The notes: a model not told the origin generated them from the sequence alone. A DNA stretch of 43,369 bases from Candidatus Micrarchaeota archaeon (GCA_021796295.1 JAJYIA010000001.1:1-43369); one strand, 5' to 3'. Counted from the first letter of the stretch, positions 26,092-34,884 are shown. Made by a program: numbers and translations.

Positions 26092-26667
26092 ATGATTGCG
26101 TTTAGAAAAAGCCATAGTGAAATTAGGGATTTTGACAGGCAGCTCAAGGAGATGATACGAAAGGAAGCGCTCTCAGGAACAACCGGAAACATTATCAGGA
26201 GCATTCGCAGAGAAGACAGAATTATTGATTTGTATAAGCATACTGCGGGGATAGCACCAAATGCAGGCATGGCAAAAAAGGCAGCGGCGTATGCATACAA
26301 GGCCTGCATTGAAAAAGGCAGGATTGCGCACATGGCATTACTTAACGACGTGGAAAGCACAACATACATCAATTATTTTGTTTCCTCTGAATACTACCTT
26401 AAAGCTGCAGGGATAGTAAATGGCTTTCTTGGCAGGAATAAAACGCTGTATGCGGCAAGAGCCTCTTTTGACGCTCTGAGCACCTATGCGCAGGCCCTGG
26501 GGGGCGGAGATATGAGGAAGACCTTAGAAACGTATGAAGACATTCATGGTATTGCAAAGGAGTTCGGCTTGAAGAAAGAGGGGCACGTTATCTCTGCGAT
26601 GATAAGCGGCTTGAGCTATTCCTTTGCAAGATATCTTACGAAGAATGGATTGCATATGGAAGCTTAG
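26092..26667 (+). CDS. hypothetical all-helical protein (191 aa)
   Basis: ORF with coding-like composition, 50 nt downstream of the preceding gene on the same strand. No motif recognised. Confidence 0.45.
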   Translation: MIAFRKSHSEIRDFDRQLKEMIRKEALSGTTGNIIRSIRREDRIIDLYKHTAGIAPNAGMAKKAAAYAYKACIEKGRIAHMALLNDVESTTYINYFVSSEYYLKAAGIVNGFLGRNKTLYAARASFDALSTYAQALGGGDMRKTLETYEDIHGIAKEFGLKKEGHVISAMISGLSYSFARYLTKNGLHMEA

Positions 26668-26668
26668 G

Positions 26669-26697
26669 AGTACTTCAGGAAGTCGGAGAAGTACTCT
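26669..26697 (+). terminator. 9-bp perfect hairpin directly after the 191-aa ORF stop
   Basis: GAGTACTTC-n11-GAAGTACTC. No following T-run, so a terminator role is uncertain. Confidence 0.3.
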
Positions 26698-26811
26698 ACG
26701 GAACTAAGCTACGATGAGGCTGCGCGCGTAACATACATACGCGATGTTATATATTCCCAGGAAGGCTTCAAGAGATAAGAGAGGGCTTTTTAGCCGCAGG
26801 TCCATTTTCTG

Positions 26812-27840
26812 CTATATTGCCAAGGATCCGAATAATATGATGTAACTGAAGAACGTCATTGCAACAGCCACATCGAAATTGTCATCGATGCTTGAAGGAA
26901 GACTTTCGACCAATGCAGCCAGAAATGCATATATTAAGGACACTGCAGCAAGCAGAATTGAGGAGTAGCCGTGAAAAATAGAGAGGTAGGCTGGAAACGC
27001 TGCCCTCAATATCAGGTATGATGAAACAAATGTTATTATAAAATATGCTGCGGTGCCCTCGATGCTCTTTTTCTTATTGTATGGAAGCCTTGTGCGGCCT
27101 AGGCTCAGGCCTACCAGTGTAGAAGCCGCATCAGCTATGAAAATCGCAGAGAATGCCATAGCGGCAAACGCAGGCGAAGGCATAATCGTGGCTGCGAAGA
27201 GGGCGCCTAGGCCGAGCCATATTGCGCCTTCGCCGAATCTGGCTTCGCTCCTTTCCAATCCGTATAGTACCTTTGACAGGCTGCCCTTTCTGTTCCTCAG
27301 CACGAAGCTTCCCAGTGCAATCCCGATAAGCATCAGAATGACAAGAAGAAGGTCTGAGAAACGCAGGAAGAGAATTGAGTATATGAGCAGAAAGCCTGCA
27401 GCTGCCTGAAGCGCATTCCTCTTCACTTCCATGGGCATCAGGTGCGTGCCCTGTTTATGCCCAGGTAATGATACCCCTCCGAAGAAACCAAACAGCGCAG
27501 CGTATGAAAGAAGGTAGATGCTGTATTGAAAATCCATAAGTCTAATGCCCATTGACAATACCAGTGACACATACACAAAACAGAGAAGCACTGAAATAGG
27601 ATTATAGCGCTTGCCGTAAGAATAAAGTGCAAAAGAAAAAATGGGAACTCCTGCGGCGAATTCGTATACCTGCCTCCAGATTACTGTACCCGGAGCCGTG
27701 TATATCACTATAAAAGCAACCGCTATGGAAAAGAGGAGCGCGAGGAGGAGCCTGCGCAGATTTTTATACAGCAGGATGCCGACAAACCCGGACAAACCAA
27801 TAATGTAGATAAGTATTGACGCTACATCAACGAAAGGCAT
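26812..27840 (-). CDS. polytopic membrane protein with C-terminal dolichol/polyprenol kinase-like (CTP-transferase 1 superfamily) domain
   Basis: The C-terminal half has ..GEGAIWLGLG.., AIFIADAASTLVGLSLGRTRLPYNKKKSIEGTAAYF (the D..A..G...G......KS.EG..A.F motif of the dolichol kinase / CdsA family). About 9 TM segments. Confidence 0.6.
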   Translation of the reverse strand: MPFVDVASILIYIIGLSGFVGILLYKNLRRLLLALLFSIAVAFIVIYTAPGTVIWRQVYEFAAGVPIFSFALYSYGKRYNPISVLLCFVYVSLVLSMGIRLMDFQYSIYLLSYAALFGFFGGVSLPGHKQGTHLMPMEVKRNALQAAAGFLLIYSILFLRFSDLLLVILMLIGIALGSFVLRNRKGSLSKVLYGLERSEARFGEGAIWLGLGALFAATIMPSPAFAAMAFSAIFIADAASTLVGLSLGRTRLPYNKKKSIEGTAAYFIITFVSSYLILRAAFPAYLSIFHGYSSILLAAVSLIYAFLAALVESLPSSIDDNFDVAVAMTFFSYIILFGSLAI

Positions 27841-27844
27841 TTCC

Positions 27845-29677
27845 TCACGCTATATATATAATCCATGCGGCTATTATAAAGCCTACGACTATGATAAAAG
27901 GCACCTTTCTTTTGCCTGTTTTTATTATATCCCTTCCGACCTTTGCCAATACATCCTCTGAGCCCTTTCCCCACACCCTGAAGGCCTTCATCGTAATCCT
28001 GGAATACGCGTATCTAACAGGCTCCATGTTATCTGTCGCGGTGCTTATCATGCCGTCGAGTATATGGATGAGCTCCTCAGGTTGCGTATGCCTTCCCAGC
28101 ACATTGCTTGCAGACTGCGCTATTGAATTCACAGAATGCGTGTCAGATGTTAATACCTCGGAGTCAAGACCGAACTTTGTGCGCACATGGCCCAGAATCT
28201 GGCTTCTCAGGCTTGGGAGCATGTTGTTTGCGTCGAAATGGAGTATGCAGTAGCGCCTCTTTCCGAATTCGAAAATGGCCACGCTTGTAAAGCCGTCTCC
28301 TATATCGTTGCCTCTCAGCTTTTCTGAAAGCCTTATTGTGGAGCACCCGAACCTGAGCCCCGAAGCGGCATGCATATTTAAGGCTGCGCGTATCGCCTTC
28401 GTGTATTTTGCCACGTACCTGCTGCCGTTGTATACACCGCGCAGCTCCGAGTAATTGGCCGACTCGAACCTTGAGTTATGGGCGTCAACAAGCATGACGT
28501 TTCTTCCATTGCTTCCGGCAAGACCTGCAAGCTGCAGACCCACATCTCTCTCTATGTCTTCGGTGACAAGTGGCGCCTTGCTCAGCGCCACAATGCTCAC
28601 ATTGCCTATGCCTATGTTTATGGCCCTGCATTGCCCCTCCTGCCCGATGGATACGCCGCCTGATGCCTTCCTGAACGCCTGCACGTTGTACCCATCGAGC
28701 GTTTCCTTCACACTTTTTGAGATGAGCCTGACCTGGCTTGAGCTTATGGGATTGTCGTCCATGGTCACTGCACCGTGCATTATGAACGGCACTGCATTGT
28801 ACTGCCTTGCTATCTCATCCCCTATAAGCCTGCTTGAGACAGCGCCACCTACTCCTTGGAAGGGGCCATAATGTATGTCAGGCTTTACGAACACGGCCCT
28901 GTAGCCCTTCTCACCTTTTAGCGCAAGCACATCAACATCAACATCCCTTTTAGTGCCCGTGTTGGAGAGTATGTTTACATCCTTGGCCACATCATAGAGC
29001 CATTGATTGACCATTGAAGAGAAAAGGTCTACGCTGCTTATTGAGAGCACCTTCTTTGCAGGCCTGTCCATAAGGTAGAGTATGGCATAGCTTACGCCCA
29101 TGAATACTAGCATGCCTGCCCAGAGCTTGAGCAGAACAACACCCGCAGGCACATTTAGGCTCAGCAGATACGGGCTTACAGGAATGTAGAAGAGCACGTT
29201 GAGCACGGGCTGTATGGAGGCCATTATTATAAGGCTCTTCCTCCTGTCCATTAGTATGCGATTCAGCATGAACCAGTAGCCATAGAGCCCGGCATTGCCT
29301 GCAAGAAGCAGCACATACGCCACGACATAATTGTGTAGAAACGCAAAGATTGCCGAATTCAGAATCACTATGAATGCATATGAAATGGATATGCCAACAG
29401 CTGCGAAGAACATGTGCTTCAGCGGTATCCTCCTGTTGAGCGCCTTGGTCAGGATCACAGTCAGTATTGCCGGAAGGCTTATTATTATTATGCCTGAGCT
29501 TGCGCCGTATATGAAGAGCGTAGTCAGATGATCGATATTCCAGTGCAGGAAGGCAGCAGATACAAAGCCGGCTATGGCGCCTATGATAAGCAGTATAAAC
29601 GCACCTGAGCTACTTTCAGGTGCGTTTATATTGAAATAACGCGTAAAATGCGTTATGTCCCTATTTCTGTCGGGCAT
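27845..29677 (-). CDS. large archaeal membrane protein (DUF2070-like): N-terminal ~7 TM block, ~330-aa soluble domain, C-terminal TM
   Basis: Hydrophobic N-terminal 220 aa. The soluble part has His/Asp-containing motifs (IMHGAVTMDDNP, MLVDAHNSR, VLTSDTHSVNS). Family name is from memory of architecture and size. Confidence 0.5.
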   Translation of the reverse strand: MPDRNRDITHFTRYFNINAPESSSGAFILLIIGAIAGFVSAAFLHWNIDHLTTLFIYGASSGIIIISLPAILTVILTKALNRRIPLKHMFFAAVGISISYAFIVILNSAIFAFLHNYVVAYVLLLAGNAGLYGYWFMLNRILMDRRKSLIIMASIQPVLNVLFYIPVSPYLLSLNVPAGVVLLKLWAGMLVFMGVSYAILYLMDRPAKKVLSISSVDLFSSMVNQWLYDVAKDVNILSNTGTKRDVDVDVLALKGEKGYRAVFVKPDIHYGPFQGVGGAVSSRLIGDEIARQYNAVPFIMHGAVTMDDNPISSSQVRLISKSVKETLDGYNVQAFRKASGGVSIGQEGQCRAINIGIGNVSIVALSKAPLVTEDIERDVGLQLAGLAGSNGRNVMLVDAHNSRFESANYSELRGVYNGSRYVAKYTKAIRAALNMHAASGLRFGCSTIRLSEKLRGNDIGDGFTSVAIFEFGKRRYCILHFDANNMLPSLRSQILGHVRTKFGLDSEVLTSDTHSVNSIAQSASNVLGRHTQPEELIHILDGMISTATDNMEPVRYAYSRITMKAFRVWGKGSEDVLAKVGRDIIKTGKRKVPFIIVVGFIIAAWIIYIA

Positions 29678-29691
29678 TTGAACACATTGCC

Positions 29692-30393
29692 TTACTTGCC
29701 AAACCTTCTCTTCCTGAAGCTGTAGTCAACAAGAGCCCTATGCAGGTCCTGCCTTGTGAAATCAGGCCAGAGCCTTTTTGAGAAATAAAGCTCGGAGTAT
29801 GCCGACTGCCATGGCATGAAGCCGGAGAGCCTCTGTTCTCCTGATGTCCTTATTATGAAATCGATATCTGGTATGGAGTTTGAGATAAGGTAGTTCCTGA
29901 AGGCTTCATCGTTTATGCGTCCTGCGTTGCCAATATTTTTGAATATGCCCTTTACCGCATGTAGTATGTCGTCCCTGCCGCCGTACCCTATAAGCATGTT
30001 TATTGTGTGCTCCGTATACTGCATCGTTTCCCTTTCTATGTTGCGCAGCAGTGAAAGGAGGTCCTTTGGCATAAGGCTTCTGTTGCCTATTATGTTCAGC
30101 CTTGTTGCGTTTTCATGCAGGCGCTTTATTATCTTCCTATCTTTGGCGACCTTCTTGTATATGCCGAAAAGCGCACTTACCTCGTTCGTATTTCTCCTGA
30201 AGTTCTCAGTAGAGAATGCCCAGACTGAGATGCTGTTTATTCCGTAGCCAAGGCACCACTCGCTGAAGTCTATGAACTTGGAAACGCCGTAGCTGTAGCC
30301 ACGCATTATGGAGAGCTTATGCGAAAGGGCCCATCTTCTGTTGCCATCAGGTATGACTGCTATGCTTAAAGGCAAATTTTTAAGTTTCATCAA
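29692..30393 (-). CDS. uppS: cis-prenyltransferase (undecaprenyl/tritrans,polycis-polyprenyl diphosphate synthase)
   Basis: AVIPDGNRRWA, SVWAFSTENFRR and IRTSGEQRLSGFMPWQSAYSELYF are canonical UppS motifs. Confidence 0.9.
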   Translation of the reverse strand: MMKLKNLPLSIAVIPDGNRRWALSHKLSIMRGYSYGVSKFIDFSEWCLGYGINSISVWAFSTENFRRNTNEVSALFGIYKKVAKDRKIIKRLHENATRLNIIGNRSLMPKDLLSLLRNIERETMQYTEHTINMLIGYGGRDDILHAVKGIFKNIGNAGRINDEAFRNYLISNSIPDIDFIIRTSGEQRLSGFMPWQSAYSELYFSKRLWPDFTRQDLHRALVDYSFRKRRFGK

Positions 30394-30551
30394 TAAAACC
30401 CACTTAACTTCAAGAATACATATATAAGAAAATATTTAAATTAAGTGGCATCATGCAGAAAACAAGGGATATGGGCCTTTTCTGCACGGGTGTATGCGCC
30501 TCTGCACTGCATGCCACAAAAAACTGCCTCTGGTTCTTATTTCTTGCGCTT

Positions 30552-30624
30552 CATAATATATGCGTAATGACTGTTGCGAATGAATATGCTCGAAATCCAG
30601 CAGGATGGCCTGCGCGTGGAGGTG
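30552..30624 (+). promoter_or_regulatory. TATA box (30552-30562 CATAATATATG) and Shine-Dalgarno GGAGGTG (30618-30624) for mbf1
   Basis: The TATA lies ~6 nt before the first ATG (30567), making that start unlikely. GGAGGTG sits 5 nt upstream of the in-frame GTG at 30630. Confidence 0.45.
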
Positions 30625-30629
30625 GGTGC

Positions 30630-31085
30630 GTGTACGATTGCGAAGTATGCGGCGGAAAGGCGAATGAGCTGTATATTGTGGATGTGGAGGGCGTAGAGCT
30701 CCCGGTATGCAAAAGGTGCGCAAACGGCAAGAATGTAATAGACATCATCGGCAACGAGGAGAAAGTACCTTCAGGCGGCACTGCGCCGAGGCCAAAGGAG
30801 GAAGAGGAGGAGCTTATAGAAGGTTACGGCAAAGAGATACGTAAGGCGAGGGAAAGGCTGGGCATACCGCTTAAGGTGCTCGGCGAGCTCATCAGCGAAA
30901 AGGAGAGCACACTGCTCAGGGTGGAGCAGGAACGCATGCAGCCTAGCATAAAGCTTACGCGTAGGATAGAGAAGGAGTTGGGCATAAAGCTCACTGCCAA
31001 ACCCGTGCCGACCTCAGACATGCATGGCGTGGGAGGCAAAAGGGACATAACGCTTGGCGATGCTGCATTCAAAAAGGAAAGGTAG
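30630..31085 (+). CDS. mbf1: archaeal multiprotein-bridging factor 1 (aMBF1): N-terminal zinc ribbon plus C-terminal HTH
   Basis: From the GTG start the protein begins M-YDCEVCGGKA...LPVCKRCANG (CxxC..CxxC). The HTH is IRKARERLGIPLKVLGELISEKESTLLRVEQ. Confidence 0.75.
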   Translation: MYDCEVCGGKANELYIVDVEGVELPVCKRCANGKNVIDIIGNEEKVPSGGTAPRPKEEEEELIEGYGKEIRKARERLGIPLKVLGELISEKESTLLRVEQERMQPSIKLTRRIEKELGIKLTAKPVPTSDMHGVGGKRDITLGDAAFKKER

Positions 31086-31090
31086 GTGAA

Positions 31091-32155
31091 GTGGCTGTAG
31101 ACCTTGGCAGGCTTGTCTCGGAGGTAAAAAGGCATGTGCAGCTCGATGAGCTCAGAGGGAAGACAATAGCCATAGATGCATACAACACAATCTACCAGTT
31201 CCTCTCCATAATCAGGCAGCCCGACGGAATGCCGCTGATTGATTCCAAGAAGAGGGTGACAAGCCATCTCTCAGGACTCTTTTACAGAACTATAAACCTC
31301 ATAGAAAACGGCATAACGCCTATCTTCATATTCGACGGGGCGCCGCCTGCGCTTAAGAAAAGGACGCTCGAAGCCAGGATGAGCAGGAGGGCAGAAGCCG
31401 AGGAACAGTGGAAAGAGGCCGTGGAAAAGGGCATGCTTGAAGAGGCCCGCACGTATGCGATGGCGAGCACCAGAATAACAAAGGAGATAGTCGAGAGCTC
31501 AAAGGAGCTTCTTAGGCGCATGGGCATAGCCTATATACAGGCGCCAGGAGAAGGGGAGGCGCAAGCTGCAAGCATGACAAGGAAGGGCCTTGTATACGCT
31601 TCAGCAAGCCAAGACTACGATCTCTTCCTTTTCGGCTCAGATACTGTAGTAAGGAATCTCACCATAACAGGCAGGAGAAAGCTGCCGAGGAAAAACGTAT
31701 ACATAAACATAGAGACAGAGCGCATATACCTGAATGACCTCCTGGAAGGCCTTAGGATAGGCCAGAGGCAGCTCATACTACTCGGCATGCTTACGGGCAC
31801 AGACTTCAATACAGGCATAGGAGGGGTAGGACCCATGACCGCACTCAAGATAGTAAGGGAGAAAAAGAGCCCTGAAGAGATATTGGCATATGTTAATGAA
31901 AAGTACGGCACGGGCTTCGACGAGGACATATACGAGGTGCTTAGAATTTTTGAGCAGCCCGATATCAAAGACCTTTCCTTTGAGGACATTTCAAGGCTTC
32001 TCAAGGAGTGTAGGCCTGAGAGGCATGCAATAATAGAGTTCATGTGCGGCGAGCACGGCTTTTCGGAGGACCGCATCTCTAAATTTGCGGATAAGCTCGC
32101 TTCGCAGCGGCAGAGCAAAAGCCAGAGAAGCATGGATCAGTGGATGGGAAGGTAA
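31091..32155 (+). CDS. fen: flap endonuclease 1 (FEN-1)
   Basis: A GTG start gives M-AVDLGRLV..GKTIAIDAYNTIYQFL (XPG-N). The XPG-I motif is QAPGEGEAQAA..SQDYDLFLFG and the H3TH is GTDFNTGIGGVGPMTALKIV. The next in-frame ATG would delete the conserved N-domain. Confidence 0.9.
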   Translation: MAVDLGRLVSEVKRHVQLDELRGKTIAIDAYNTIYQFLSIIRQPDGMPLIDSKKRVTSHLSGLFYRTINLIENGITPIFIFDGAPPALKKRTLEARMSRRAEAEEQWKEAVEKGMLEEARTYAMASTRITKEIVESSKELLRRMGIAYIQAPGEGEAQAASMTRKGLVYASASQDYDLFLFGSDTVVRNLTITGRRKLPRKNVYINIETERIYLNDLLEGLRIGQRQLILLGMLTGTDFNTGIGGVGPMTALKIVREKKSPEEILAYVNEKYGTGFDEDIYEVLRIFEQPDIKDLSFEDISRLLKECRPERHAIIEFMCGEHGFSEDRISKFADKLASQRQSKSQRSMDQWMGR

Positions 32156-32191
32156 AAAGCATCGCTATGCGCTGCAATTTTAGCATCTGAA

Positions 32192-32752
32192 TTAAGGTGC
32201 AAGCTGGATGTACATCTTGTCATTGAATTCGTATGCGGTTATGCCTTCGCTACTGCCTATGCCGAGCCTTTCCATAAGCTCCTCTTTTGATGCTGCCTCG
32301 CTTACACCATGCTCCATGTCCACTGCGATGAGCCTACCTTCAGATTCAGCGTAGACCAGGAATTCCCTTCGGCCCTCCCTTATGGCTATCATGATCTTTG
32401 CAGAAACATTCCCCATAGTGACAAGAAGGCTGCAGAGGAGCACGGCCTTGTCGAAGAGATCCCCTGCGGAATTGAGTATTGTCTCTCTGGGTTTCTGCCA
32501 GAACTGAATGGGCAGGGTAAGCGTTGTTATATTCTCGTTTATGTACCCATAGGCCTTTTTGATTGATACGTATGCCTTTACATCTTCGGGGCCTGTTATA
32601 CTCTTCGCAAGCAGAATAACAGATTCGTCTTCGGGGGTTATAAGCGTTGGCAGCTCAGCTACATAGAGACTCTCTTTTCCCTCTATGTACTCCTTGTACC
32701 TCATGATTATTGTCAGATACACGTTGTTATACTTCTTGATTAGCTCATCCAT
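32192..32752 (-). CDS. hypothetical protein (186-194 aa)
   Basis: Coding-like ORF 10 nt downstream of the lrp stop when started at MDELIKKY. There is a weak resemblance to the transglutaminase-like fold (SAGDLFDKAVLLCSLLV), but a catalytic Cys is not in the expected position. Confidence 0.4.
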   Translation of the reverse strand: MDELIKKYNNVYLTIIMRYKEYIEGKESLYVAELPTLITPEDESVILLAKSITGPEDVKAYVSIKKAYGYINENITTLTLPIQFWQKPRETILNSAGDLFDKAVLLCSLLVTMGNVSAKIMIAIREGRREFLVYAESEGRLIAVDMEHGVSEAASKEELMERLGIGSSEGITAYEFNDKMYIQLAP

Positions 32753-32762
32753 AAATAAATCT

Positions 32763-33194
32763 TTATCCCAATACAATCATAGTCTTTGTGTTCACAATGC
32801 CATCTTTTGAATGTATGTAGTTAAGGAGTATGTCCTTCAGGTGCTGCGTGTCCTTTGCAATGACCTTCACAATAAGGTCGGCCTCACTCGTAGTTATATA
32901 GCCTTCGCGCACGTACATTACCTCGGTAAGATCCTTCAGCAGCATGTCCTGGGTCCGCTTGAGGCTCTTCAGAAGGTTTATGTCAACATTTATAAGGATG
33001 AATGCGGTTATTGAGAAGCCTGCTCTCTTCCAGTCTATCTCGCCCTTGTAGTACTTTATTATGTGATCCCTTTCAAGCTTTTTTATCCTAAAATGTACAG
33101 TCGATATAGGGGCATTGATCCTCCTCGCGATCTTTGCGGACTGTATGGTGCCGGAGTCCACCCCTGTCAGGATTTCCTCGTCAAATTCATCCAT
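32763..33194 (-). CDS. Lrp/AsnC family transcriptional regulator
   Basis: N-terminal HTH (IQSAKIARRINAPISTVHFRIKKLERDHII) plus a C-terminal RAM/ACT-like domain (AFILINVD...ADLIVKVIAKD). Length is 143 aa. Confidence 0.85.
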   Translation of the reverse strand: MDEFDEEILTGVDSGTIQSAKIARRINAPISTVHFRIKKLERDHIIKYYKGEIDWKRAGFSITAFILINVDINLLKSLKRTQDMLLKDLTEVMYVREGYITTSEADLIVKVIAKDTQHLKDILLNYIHSKDGIVNTKTMIVLG

Positions 33195-33215
33195 TATTGT
33201 ATTTTATCCAATCTT

Positions 33216-33232
33216 ATTTAAATACCTTTCGT
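33216..33232 (-). promoter_or_regulatory. BRE/TATA promoter of lrp (leaderless transcript predicted)
   Basis: The minus strand reads CGAAAGG-TATTTAAATA, centred ~26 nt upstream of the ATG at 33194. Confidence 0.55.
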
Positions 33233-33240
33233 TTTTTCTT

Positions 33241-33373
33241 ATCAAAAACCGTATATTTTTGATGCGAATCTATATATACCAAGTGAGAGGAAGTATTATT
33301 TTAGGAGAAAGTGGGGGTTTGGGGACGGTATAATTTTAGCTGGTCATCTCGCTAGTCCCCAGGCTACCCTCAC
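33241..33373 (-). ncRNA. candidate small RNA / structured element, copy A (paralog of 37752-37854)
   Basis: Closing helix GTGAGAGG (33283-90) / CCCTCAC (33367-73). Inner helix GGGGAC (33321-26) / GTCCCC (33355-60). Core GAGAAAGTGGGGGTTTGGGGACGGTATAA is shared with copy B. The minus-strand tail TTTTTGATAAG lies at 33241-51. Strand and ends are uncertain. Confidence 0.3.
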
Positions 33374-33478
33374 AGCAACGCATCCTACTATTGAGAAGTA
33401 CTGCACATATGCAGAAGCTTGCACAACATATAAATTAATGTAAGGAGTATTAATAGTGCCTAATTTTACGGTGCGGCT

Positions 33479-34636
33479 ATGGAAGAAGGCTCAAAGAGCA
33501 TACTCATACTTACAACAGGAGGCACCATAGGCAGCGCAGCCGATCCTGAAAGCGGAGTGATGCCAGGCATAGATGTAATAGAAGAGGTATTTAGGAAGAT
33601 ACCAGATGCGAAAATGCAGGATGTGCCTTATGAAAAGAGAGGGTATATGCTCAGCGGGGGGCAAAAGATCGATATAGAGATCAAGAATCTTATGAACAAG
33701 GACAGCACAGATATGACCGCAGCGGATCAGGCAGCCATAGCCAAAGCTGTCTTCAGCGAGCTTGGCAGTCACGACGGAATAGTGATCACGCACGGCACTG
33801 ACACGCTGCACTTCCTTTCGTCTATGCTTTCGCTGATGATGAAGAATATAAGCAAGCCTGTAGTCGTAACAGGGGCTATGCGCATACCTGAGGAAAGGAA
33901 CAGCGATGCAGTAAGAAACCTCCGTGATTCTATACTCTTCGCATCTGGTGGTACCGGCGGCATATTCGTGGTCTTTCACGGCAAGGTGATGGAAGGTGCG
34001 TGGGTGCACGAATTCAACCCTGGAGAGCTTGGAGCATTCGAGAGTTCTAACGGAAGCATAGGCAGAATAACTGATTTGGGAATACAGTACCTGATGTCGA
34101 AGAGCACCGATTCCACAGCAGGAGAGCCGTCGCTTAACGCACGATACGATTCAAATATAGTCTCGATCGCGTTCTTTCCAGGCCTGGACCCGGATACCAT
34201 CATGAAGAATATAATAGATAAGCGAGGTCTGATACTTGTAGGCTATGGCTCAGGTGGCTATCCTTCAAGGCTTGTGAGTATAATAGAAATGGCTGCAACG
34301 CAGATGCCTGTGATCCTAACATCGCATTCGCCTAACAGGAAGGGCCTGCCTGGAGATTATGAGATAAGCAAGAGGGTAAGCGCGCCGGGCATGATAGTAG
34401 GCCACGGGCTGCAAAGCCTAGATACGTCGAACCTCATTTTTACACTCGGCAACAGCAGTAAGTATGCAAGCATTGAAAAAATAGGAAAGCGCTACAGAAA
34501 CAACCTCGAACAGCTCAAGAAGGAGTCATTCATGCCAAGAAACCACAACCCGAGCTGCGGAAGAGAAGTGTTGAAGGAGGTGCAGAGGAATAGGGAAGCA
34601 GTAACACAGAAAAATAAGCGCAGGCTTATTTTCTGA
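33479..34636 (+). CDS. L-asparaginase family protein (type I AnsA/GatD-like catalytic domain, C-terminal extension)
   Basis: ILTTGGTIGS (catalytic Thr motif) and ITHGTDTLHF are present. It lacks the GatD N-terminal domain, and no gatE is adjacent. Confidence 0.7.
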   Translation: MEEGSKSILILTTGGTIGSAADPESGVMPGIDVIEEVFRKIPDAKMQDVPYEKRGYMLSGGQKIDIEIKNLMNKDSTDMTAADQAAIAKAVFSELGSHDGIVITHGTDTLHFLSSMLSLMMKNISKPVVVTGAMRIPEERNSDAVRNLRDSILFASGGTGGIFVVFHGKVMEGAWVHEFNPGELGAFESSNGSIGRITDLGIQYLMSKSTDSTAGEPSLNARYDSNIVSIAFFPGLDPDTIMKNIIDKRGLILVGYGSGGYPSRLVSIIEMAATQMPVILTSHSPNRKGLPGDYEISKRVSAPGMIVGHGLQSLDTSNLIFTLGNSSKYASIEKIGKRYRNNLEQLKKESFMPRNHNPSCGREVLKEVQRNREAVTQKNKRRLIF

Positions 34637-34731
34637 AAAGGTATATAAACATTAAATATCTTTCCTTTTATATATATTAAGCATTTTGCATATCATACGG
34701 CAGATTTTATAAGATTTTATGAGTGTTAGAC

Positions 34732-34884
34732 ATGGGAAAGTTTTCTCTCGCTGATGAAGCCCTTACTAGAATCTGGGTATGCAGAAAATGCAAGGCAAGG
34801 AATAAGGCCGGTTCTAAGAAGTGCAGGAAATGCGGCAGCAGGTACATGCGCGCTAAGAGGAAGGAGAGCCGCGTAAAGAAGTGA
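34732..34884 (+). CDS. rpl40e: 50S ribosomal protein L40e (50 aa; below ORF-track cutoff)
   Basis: My own translation gives MGKFSLADEALTRIWVCRKCKARNKAGSKKCRKCGSRYMRAKRKESRVKK. It has a CxxC..CxxC zinc ribbon and a basic tail typical of L40e. TATA boxes lie upstream. Confidence 0.8.
   Translation: MGKFSLADEALTRIWVCRKCKARNKAGSKKCRKCGSRYMRAKRKESRVKK

Noticed and set aside
32192-32752. Calling the 186-aa protein an inactivated transglutaminase-like protease
   Set aside because: The resemblance rests on one short helix-like segment (GDLFDKAVLLCSLLV). I could not place the Cys-His-Asp triad, so I kept it as hypothetical.
33311-33326. G-quadruplex reading of GTGGGGGTTTGGGGACGG and GTGGGGATTTGGGTGGG
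   Set aside because: There are only 2-3 G-runs per site with a short total span, so a canonical four-run G4 cannot form intramolecularly. The conserved pairing partners (GTCCCC and others) favour a hairpin/RNA explanation.
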